Below are positions 56,685-64,000 of a stretch of DNA of 64,000 nt, piece after piece; within the stretch, counting starts at the first letter, position 1; each line of letters starts with the position of its first letter. A program made the position numbers and the translations under genes. The notes under the pieces are model-generated. The model searched no databases. It was given only the letters and a program-made list of their open reading frames with translations, and was not told the DNA's origin. Source of the stretch: Diplonema japonicum (taxonomy: Eukaryota; Protista; Euglenozoa: Diplonemea); assembly GCA_964019335.1 (NCBI GenBank), contig OZ025649.1, forward strand, positions 682,001-746,000, in the 5' to 3' direction.

Positions 56685-57788
56685 ATGACCACACCCACTC
56701 CGTGGATCGTCGAGTACCTATGGGTCAGTGGCAAGAACACTTATACCGATCTCCGATCGAAGTACAAGACGATGACAGGCATCAGCATCACAGCTGCCAC
56801 CGTCGCTGACATGCCGGTGTGGAACTTCGACGGGTCGTCGACAAACCAGCACAGGGGGAACAACACAGAGATCATCATCAAGCCAGTGGCGCTGTACGAC
56901 CACCCGTTCTTGGACAACGCGAAGGCGTGCCTGTGCGAGTGCTACTACCCAGACGGGACGCCAGAGAAGGCGAACACGCGAAAGATTGCAAACGACATCT
57001 TCGAAAAGAGCCTTGAGCAGGTGCCCATGTTCGGGTTGGAACAGGAGTACTTCATTTTCAAGAACGGAAAACCGTTCATGTGGCCGGAGAATGGGTTCCC
57101 CGCTGCGCAAGGGGACTACTACTGCGGGAACGGCACACAGGTGTGCGGGAGGGAGATTGCACTGGAACACTACCAGGCCTGCCTCAGGGTCGGGCTGAAG
57201 ATTTCAGGGGTGAACGCAGAAGTGGCACCTTCGCAGTGGGAGTACCAGGTCGGGCCGTGTATTGGGATTGAGAGCGGCGACCACATGGTGATGTCGAGGT
57301 GGGTTTTCCAGAAGATCGCTGAGAAGTACGGGTTGGACATCAACTACGACCCGAAACCGATCAAGGGTGACTGGAACGGGTCTGGGTGCCACATGAACTT
57401 CTCGACGAAGAAGATGAGGGAAGATGGAGGTCTTGATGAGATTTACAAGGCGTGTGAGCGTCTTGGGGAGACGTTTCTGGAGGACGTGAAGTTTTACGGT
57501 GGTGACAACAACCAGAGAATGACTGGGATCCATGAGACATCGAAGCTCTCTGAGTTCACTCACGGCGTGGGCACTAGGCACACGTCCGTCCGTATCGGGA
57601 ACGACGTTGCGAAGGCAGGGAAGGGCTACTTCGAAGACCGCCGCCCGGGGTCCAACATCGATCCCTACATTGCCACAGTTCGTCTTTACGCTTCCTCTAT
57701 GGGCTACGAAGGTCCTTCCTCTTCTGTCATTGAACCACAGTCGTGGTGGGCGACCCTTGAGGCTGAGGCAAATGCTAAGAAGAAATAG
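56685..57788 (+). CDS. GLN1: Glutamine synthetase type II
   Basis: EYLW..G...DLRSK, WNFDGSST, FGLEQEY, QGDYYCG, SGVNAEVAPSQWEYQVGP, PKPIKGDWNGSGCH.NFST, RMTGIHET, GYFEDRRP.SN.DPY. Confidence 0.97.
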   Translation: MTTPTPWIVEYLWVSGKNTYTDLRSKYKTMTGISITAATVADMPVWNFDGSSTNQHRGNNTEIIIKPVALYDHPFLDNAKACLCECYYPDGTPEKANTRKIANDIFEKSLEQVPMFGLEQEYFIFKNGKPFMWPENGFPAAQGDYYCGNGTQVCGREIALEHYQACLRVGLKISGVNAEVAPSQWEYQVGPCIGIESGDHMVMSRWVFQKIAEKYGLDINYDPKPIKGDWNGSGCHMNFSTKKMREDGGLDEIYKACERLGETFLEDVKFYGGDNNQRMTGIHETSKLSEFTHGVGTRHTSVRIGNDVAKAGKGYFEDRRPGSNIDPYIATVRLYASSMGYEGPSSSVIEPQSWWATLEAEANAKKK

Positions 57789-58369
57789 GTTGTTGAAACA
57801 CCCAGATCACTTTCCTTTTTAAAAAGGAAACTAACATTTTTCCCTCTTCCTTACGCACAAGAAACAGAAGGGCAAATGGTATTGAGGTCTCTCCTTTATT
57901 TTTTTTTAAGGCGAGGAGAGCGAAGAAAAATGAAGCTTAAAAACAGTCCCTGCACAGCTTCACTAGCGGTTGGTGTGCGGTGTGATGCTTTGAGTATCTC
58001 GGCAAATAAGAAAAAAAGAACTAAAAGGAAAGGGATATTGTATTATTGCCCCGGTTTTTCTTGTCTGTTTTCGGGCTTTGCCAGCATTCTTTTTTCCCCT
58101 TTACATAATAAGAGCCTCGAAGCGTTTCTATTAGTTTATTTTGTTCTTCATTACCCAGAACACGAAACTGTTCCCTCCGATATTTACACCCCCCTCTCTT
58201 TTTTTTTTCCTTCGGGCTCAGTTTCTTTTTTCTTTCTAACCTTTTTGCTCCCTATAAAGCTTTTTTCCTGCACTCCTACCCGTTTTCTTGTTCCTCTCTA
58301 TTTATTTTGCTTTTTATTCTTTGAAAACAACAGCTCTCCGTTCTCACAGGCAGCCAAAGATGTTGAGCG

Positions 58370-59476
58370 ATGCCGAAGGTGCGGACATTGATCACTGTGC
58401 TACTGGGTGTGGGCGTGTTGTTGATGATGTTCAACTTGAAGGCGGCGTCACTGAGAAGGGAAAGTCTGAGGAAGCAATTAGAGACAAGATTGCAAGAAAC
58501 AACAGTTGATGAGGTTTCTGTCGGTGTGGTGTCCGACTTACAGTACGCAGATAGAGATGACGGTTACGACTACAGTGGCGTGCACAAAAGAACCTTCCGT
58601 CGTGGGCTTGAGGTGTTGCGCACATCAATGGAGCAGTGGGGGCTTGACCCAAGCATTCAGTATGCGCTCAACCTAGGTGACCTCTTAGATGGCTGGAACC
58701 ACCGTGCAGGGCAGCTAGCGACTGCGCTGGTCGAGGTGAACACTGTCATGTCCACCGGCGGCATCAAGTGGATACACAACCAAGGCAACCATGAGTTCTA
58801 CAACAGCCAGTTCGCTGCTCTGCAGGACCTCCCCAAGACAACCGACCTCTCGGACCGTTGGACCATCATCTCCCTCAACTCCTACGCTGTCAGCGTTCTC
58901 CTTCCCGACCAGCAGAGCCAACGGTACCAAACCGCCAGGAGCCTCCTCATGGAAAAGAATCCAAATCTCAAGCAAGGTAATATGACACCAGGTGCATCAG
59001 TCTGGCTTGCAGGTCTTGAAGGCCTCGACAAGCGCTACACCCCAGTTAACGGCGGGCTTGGCATGGGACAGCTCTTCTGGCTTAGCACCCAACTCCGAAA
59101 AGCACGGCAGGAAGGCCGCTACGTAGTTATTGCCACACACGTCCCGCTGCACCCCATTGCGTGCCAAGGGGAGGACCTTGCTTGGGACTACCGGCAGGCC
59201 TTGAACGTAATCTCAACAGAAGGCCGTGGTGTCGTGGCACTCGTGCTGTCTGGTCACGACCACCAAGGAGGCATGTCCACCCTGGGCAACACTCCGTTCA
59301 TCACTGTTCCTTCTCAGCTAGAGAACCCTTCCTTCGTGTCTGTCACGATTAGCTTGAAGGCATCTCTAACACGTGCCACAGTCACGCTGAAGGGTCTCCT
59401 TGAAGGAGACGGCGAGTACAGTATAAAAAGAGAACCTGCAGGCCCTCTGTTGAAAGACCTGCCAGGCGGGTTGTAA
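58370..59476 (+). CDS. ADPRM: Mn-dependent ADP-ribose/CDP-alcohol diphosphatase-like metallophosphoesterase with N-terminal signal anchor
   Basis: SDLQYAD, LGDLLDG, GNHE, NGGLG..QL.WL, THVP, LSGHDHQGG. Confidence 0.85.
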   Translation: MPKVRTLITVLLGVGVLLMMFNLKAASLRRESLRKQLETRLQETTVDEVSVGVVSDLQYADRDDGYDYSGVHKRTFRRGLEVLRTSMEQWGLDPSIQYALNLGDLLDGWNHRAGQLATALVEVNTVMSTGGIKWIHNQGNHEFYNSQFAALQDLPKTTDLSDRWTIISLNSYAVSVLLPDQQSQRYQTARSLLMEKNPNLKQGNMTPGASVWLAGLEGLDKRYTPVNGGLGMGQLFWLSTQLRKARQEGRYVVIATHVPLHPIACQGEDLAWDYRQALNVISTEGRGVVALVLSGHDHQGGMSTLGNTPFITVPSQLENPSFVSVTISLKASLTRATVTLKGLLEGDGEYSIKREPAGPLLKDLPGGL

Positions 59477-59588
59477 AACTCATTAGAGATTCTTGGAAGG
59501 ATCCAAAGATCATTTTTTGTACTGGAAAAACCATTTTAAATGTAACTCGAGCTCTTTTACTGCAAGCCAATCACCTCATACAAGCGCC

Positions 59589-60386
59589 ATGAAGCTCCGT
59601 CTGTTTAAGCTTGACTCGTTTGCCGAGAAGGTGTTTTCGGGGAACCCTGCCTGTGTAGTGCCATTGGATGGTGCGGAGTGGCTTTCTGAAGATGTGATGC
59701 AGCAGGTGGCGAGCGAGAACAATGCTACAGCGACAGCGTTTTACAAGAGCGCAGGTGAAGGGTGTTATGATATCAGGTGGTTCACTCCGTGTAAGGAGGT
59801 GAAGCTTTGCGGACACGCCACACTGGCAACGGGGTACGTGCTGTTCAACATAATGGGCGTGAAGGAAGACGTGCTGAGATTGAACTCTTTGTCGGGTCCT
59901 CTGACTGTGGTTCGTGCTGGTGATAAGTTCACACTTGACTTCCCTGGGAAGATTTCAGAGTCATTGGCAAGCTACCCCCAAGAGCTGCAAGAGGCCTTCG
60001 GTATCTCCATCAAGGAAGTCATGGCTGACGACGACTTCCTTGTGGTATGCGAGTCCGAAGAGGAGTTGAAGAGCATGACCCCCGACATGAACCTCCTCAT
60101 GCAGCTCCCCAGAAGGGGCGTCGCCGTATCAGCCCCCTCACAAGAGGAGGGCATCGATTTCTCCCTCAGATTTTTCGCGCCCAAGTATGGCATCCCTGAA
60201 GACTCCGTCACAGGTTCCGCGTTCGCACGCGCCGCACCCTACTGGGCAGCCAAGATGGGGAAGGCAACGCTGGAGGGGAAACAGCACTCGAAGCGATCTG
60301 GGTTGGTTACCTGCACGGTAGATGGTGAGAGAGTCCTGTTGACAGGCAATGCTGTCTTATACATGACAGCTGAGATTGAGATTTAA
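59589..60386 (+). CDS. PhzF/YddE-family epimerase-like protein
   Basis: DSFAEKVFSGNPACV, IRWFTP..EV.LCGHATLA, RFFAP.YGIPEDSVTGSA. Confidence 0.92.
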   Translation: MKLRLFKLDSFAEKVFSGNPACVVPLDGAEWLSEDVMQQVASENNATATAFYKSAGEGCYDIRWFTPCKEVKLCGHATLATGYVLFNIMGVKEDVLRLNSLSGPLTVVRAGDKFTLDFPGKISESLASYPQELQEAFGISIKEVMADDDFLVVCESEEELKSMTPDMNLLMQLPRRGVAVSAPSQEEGIDFSLRFFAPKYGIPEDSVTGSAFARAAPYWAAKMGKATLEGKQHSKRSGLVTCTVDGERVLLTGNAVLYMTAEIEI

Positions 60387-60477
60387 CTACGTGCGCCCAG
60401 TGGGTAGGTGCGGCACAGAGTTTTTTGTTTCCATAGAATGAGAAAATGAAAAAGATGTTCACCTAACCGACAGGAAA

Positions 60478-62688
60478 ATGAAGGCCACACATAAAGCTAC
60501 AGTGCTGGCCGCAGTCCTGGCGAGTCTGGCGATGTTCTTCTGGGGGTTCATCCTGCCACGGGAGGTGACCACCTTGAGAGCGCCGCCATCAGATGCGACA
60601 CGTCTGTGGAGGTCTTGGTACGGCGACAGGAAGGTTGTAATGATAATTGTTGATGCGCTGCGGTGGGACATGCGGAACATGCCCAGCCTGGGGGGACGGG
60701 GGTGGCAGTTAATGTCAGAGGCGCCTACCACAACCAGCCAGAGACTGAAGTCTATGACAACAGGAGGGATACCCGCCTTCATGGAAATCGCATCAGCTTT
60801 CGATTCTGATGAGGTTGTGCAGGACAACATCATTACGCAGTTGCTCAGCCACAACAAGGCGGCCTCTGTATACGGTGACGACACGTGGCTATCTCTGTAC
60901 CCCTCAGCGCTGTGGTCTCATACTGCTGTCTTCCCTTCCTTCAATGTGTGGGACCTCGATACGGTAGACGACGGCATCGGCAGAGCCCTCCCAGAGGTCC
61001 TCGATGACGACTTCACTGTGATCCACTTCTTGGGGATCGATCATGCAGGGCACAGGTATGGCCCGCGGCACCCTGAGATGGAGAGGAAGATCCGGGAGAC
61101 CGATGAAAAGCTTGCACAGATCTTTGAACAGGTTGAGCGATCAGGCAGTCCTACGGTGGTGTGGGTGCTGGGTGACCATGGGATGACTGATGATGGCCAG
61201 CATGGTGGTGGCACTGAATTAGAGGTGCAAACAGTACTGCACCAGTCAGTGTATCCAAACAGCGGGCTTCAAGAAGACGGTCGTCCAGACATGATAATAG
61301 AACAAGTGGAGTTAGTGCCCACAATCGCGACTTTTCTAGGCATCCCTGTGCCCTACGGAAACATAGGAAGAGTCAACAGGCAGCTCATCAAGCAGGCGTG
61401 CCTGTCTTGCGACGACCCTGTCGAGGAGCTCATGAGGTACCTCACTGTGTTGGATGCCAACGTGAAGCAGGTCATGAAGTACCTTTCGTCTGAAATGAAT
61501 GTGCAGGCGTTGAAAGTGGAGGCTGAGGCCGCAGCGGGGAGACTGCGACGCCTGCTTGCATCACATGAAGAAGACCCCCAGAGCGAGATGGGGAGGAGAG
61601 TATTTCTCGCGGAAGGCGAGGCAGTTGCAGGTATCTTTGAGCGCGTTATCAACGGGGCCGCGAGCAGCGCTAGGCAGGAGTGGGCGTCTATGGTACCGGA
61701 AAGGATGTACCTTGCCGTGATGGGTGCAGCTCTTGCGGCATTTCTTGTGTGCACCAGTATGACGGATCCATGCGGGTGGCTCCTGCTAGCCCCTGTGGTA
61801 CATGCGTTGATGCTGACCTCGAACAGCTACGTGGTGTGCGAAGATGCGGTCTGCCCTTACATTTTAACGTCTCTCTTGATATGGTTCGCCTGCCGTCACA
61901 GGTCGGTTGCCTTCATGATAGCTGCCGTATGTTCGTACGCTCTCCCGCTTGTGGTCAGCAGGAGCACTCGTAGCTTTGGTACCCATGTCCTGAAGCCATC
62001 GTTGCCCATCCACGATCTGCACTCGCCTCTTGAACTGCTGTACACGGTAGTCTTGCCGGTGGCGGCGGCTGGCTACTACACAAAGACGTCGTCGTACTTC
62101 TCGTGGGGGTGCCTCGTGCTGCGGGCTGCTCTGAGGGTGGCGGGTATTGCTGGGGTATGGGTGCAGACCATGTCATGGGTGTGCTTTGCTTGCAGTCTTT
62201 ACGAACGGAACTTTTGGTGCGCTGCTGGATTATTTAGCGGGCCGCGTGGCATACCTGCATGGTGCCTGGGCCATGCGGTGCACAACGTATTGGCAAGGAA
62301 CGCAAGGCTGCTGTCGGCAACGGAATGTGCAGTGACGGGGTTTTACCTGTCGTGGGTGCTGTTCTTCTCGACGGGGCACCAGACGGTTCTGTCCAGCATC
62401 GACTTCGGGTCTGCCTTCATCGGCTTCACACATCTGCACCACACTGTCCAAGGCGTGCTGCTTGTCGGCTTCAATACATTCTCGTCATTTCTAACTCCTT
62501 CCTTCTACCCATCCCATCGTCTCTCAGCACCGATTCTCGCTTCCCATCTTGTCTTGTTCGCAGGCGCCTTGCTCGCAACCGCAGTGCACAGGAGGCACCT
62601 CATGGTGTGGGAGGTCTTCGCGCCTCGTATGCTGTTCGGAGCTGTCGTAGGCATTGTGGCTTCTGTGAAGGAACTCTGCGGGTTATGA
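60478..62688 (+). CDS. PIGO: GPI ethanolamine phosphate transferase (PIG-O/Gpi13 type)
   Basis: IVDALRWD, PTTTSQRLKSMTTG, GDDTWL.LYP, SFNVWDLDTVD, HFLGIDHAGH..GP, GDHGM...G.HGG, FFSTGHQ, HRRHLMVWEVFAPR. Confidence 0.93.
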   Translation: MKATHKATVLAAVLASLAMFFWGFILPREVTTLRAPPSDATRLWRSWYGDRKVVMIIVDALRWDMRNMPSLGGRGWQLMSEAPTTTSQRLKSMTTGGIPAFMEIASAFDSDEVVQDNIITQLLSHNKAASVYGDDTWLSLYPSALWSHTAVFPSFNVWDLDTVDDGIGRALPEVLDDDFTVIHFLGIDHAGHRYGPRHPEMERKIRETDEKLAQIFEQVERSGSPTVVWVLGDHGMTDDGQHGGGTELEVQTVLHQSVYPNSGLQEDGRPDMIIEQVELVPTIATFLGIPVPYGNIGRVNRQLIKQACLSCDDPVEELMRYLTVLDANVKQVMKYLSSEMNVQALKVEAEAAAGRLRRLLASHEEDPQSEMGRRVFLAEGEAVAGIFERVINGAASSARQEWASMVPERMYLAVMGAALAAFLVCTSMTDPCGWLLLAPVVHALMLTSNSYVVCEDAVCPYILTSLLIWFACRHRSVAFMIAAVCSYALPLVVSRSTRSFGTHVLKPSLPIHDLHSPLELLYTVVLPVAAAGYYTKTSSYFSWGCLVLRAALRVAGIAGVWVQTMSWVCFACSLYERNFWCAAGLFSGPRGIPAWCLGHAVHNVLARNARLLSATECAVTGFYLSWVLFFSTGHQTVLSSIDFGSAFIGFTHLHHTVQGVLLVGFNTFSSFLTPSFYPSHRLSAPILASHLVLFAGALLATAVHRRHLMVWEVFAPRMLFGAVVGIVASVKELCGL

Positions 62689-62815
62689 GTTTTTAGTGTT
62701 TGGTTTACGAAATACTTCCCATTTTTTGTGTTTTTTTTTTCTTCCCCCTTTCAATGTACCATCACGACGGTTGGGGGGAGCAGCGCAGCGAGGCGCAAGA
62801 AATACAGAAAAAACC

Positions 62816-63313
62816 ATGGGTATTTGCAGCGGAAAGGAGAAGAAGCCCCCGAAGCACCAAGCACGGGGTGGGGATTTTGTAGGCAAGCAGAGGTCGCTCA
62901 GCTTCGACTCAGACAATCCACCCGCAGAGGGGGTGGGGCTCGCGTGCCATGGGTGCAGAACACCATTAGGGAAAACGAGGGTGAGGTTTGAGGGAAAGGA
63001 GCTGTGCCATAATTGTTATCAGCTGGCAGCGAGAAGGCAGCCGCTGCCAATGGAGCAGCATCAGCAACAACAGCACTATGATGAAGATCCCTATAGAAGA
63101 CAGTACGAACCGGAGCGCCGCCACCACCACCACCACCACCACCACCGCCCAAGCAACCACTATGATGACAGACAGCACTATCAGCACGATCAGCACCACC
63201 GCCCTGAGAGGCACAACAATCATTATAACAATGTTCCCAAGCCCAACAGAGGTGGCAGAGGGTATTATGACTACACTCGTACTTCCAAGAACGATCAGGA
63301 GTATGACCAGTAG
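62816..63313 (+). CDS. Small putatively myristoylated protein with one zinc finger and a His/Gln-rich tail
   Basis: MGICSGKEK start; CHGC...LCHNC; poly-His. Confidence 0.7.
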   Translation: MGICSGKEKKPPKHQARGGDFVGKQRSLSFDSDNPPAEGVGLACHGCRTPLGKTRVRFEGKELCHNCYQLAARRQPLPMEQHQQQQHYDEDPYRRQYEPERRHHHHHHHHRPSNHYDDRQHYQHDQHHRPERHNNHYNNVPKPNRGGRGYYDYTRTSKNDQEYDQ

Positions 63314-63834
63314 AAGGAGGAGAAGAAGAAAAAATAAGAAAAAAAAAATAGACGGGAAACAGAATTTAAGATATTTTCTTCTTTATTTCACCCCCCCCAG
63401 CCCGCATAGTTGTAGTATCAGCATGGTGCTTCGAGAAGATTAGAGATGCCACCTTAAATATTTTAAGAGTTTTTTGTTCTTTTTAAATTATCCCCTCCCC
63501 TTTTTTTCTTCTCCCCCCCCCCCCCCACAGGCTGTTCTTTCAGGGGTATTCGTGCGGAAGATTGTTGTTGTTGTGTCAGCGCTTCTGCCCCATCGTTAGC
63601 CCTCCCGATTTCGCTACTTAATACAAGGCAGCTGCGGCCCTTCTAGAGCAATTTAGGAAGACCCCCTCACCCCTTCCCTTTATAATCTTTTTTTTTATAC
63701 ATATGCTTGCCTTTGTGAGGAAAGGTAACACGTACTTTTACGTGTAGGGCCTCACGGTGGCGTGGTTTTGAAAAGCACCCCCTCTCCCCTCCCCCCCTTT
63801 TTTTTAAATGTTCTATTTTCCTTTGCTGATGCCT

Positions 63835-63836
<2 letters not shown>

Positions 63837-63886
<50 letters not shown>
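63837..63886 (+). repeat. Long poly-T tract (candidate splice-acceptor polypyrimidine tract)
   Basis: Uninterrupted T run. Confidence 0.85.
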
Positions 63887-63889
<3 letters not shown>

Positions 63890-64000
63890 TTGTTGCCTTC
63901 GTCAGTTTTTCTTATTGATCGGAGGTCTTTTTTATTTTTTTTTTGTGATGATGTTTGCTTGGCGGGTCATTGCTGACTTCCCTATCAATCAGTCACCGTG

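Overview
Eukaryotic (protist) genomic DNA, standard genetic code. About 24 protein-coding genes all lie on the + strand, separated by short or T/A-homopolymer-rich spacers, and many are split by tiny (about 32-65 nt) GT-AG introns with a GTATG donor consensus. A leishmanolysin/GP63 gene, the unidirectional gene order and polypyrimidine tracts suggest an intron-bearing euglenozoan such as a diplonemid (inference only). Recognisable genes: NOT1, GP63, glutamine synthetase II, PIG-O, ADPRM, a PhzF-family protein, a GT4 glycosyltransferase, an Upf1/Sen1-like SF1 helicase, and RCC1-repeat, PX, PAN/apple and double-RING proteins. Also present: tRNA-Gln and tRNA-Thr genes and two decayed piggyBac elements on the - strand, one carrying a nested tyrosine-recombinase (Crypton-like) remnant. 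Most notable: (1) an intergenic RNA at about 8260-8330 with a complete hammerhead ribozyme core whose GUC cleavage strand lies inside the stem II loop, a connectivity unlike types I-III; (2) a kinesin-3 motor-FHA-Roc-COR fusion; (3) a pseudo-cyclase-DEP-cyclic-nucleotide channel fusion; (4) a tRNA-Gln with C33 in place of the near-universal U33. All gene models were built by eye and no database searches were run.
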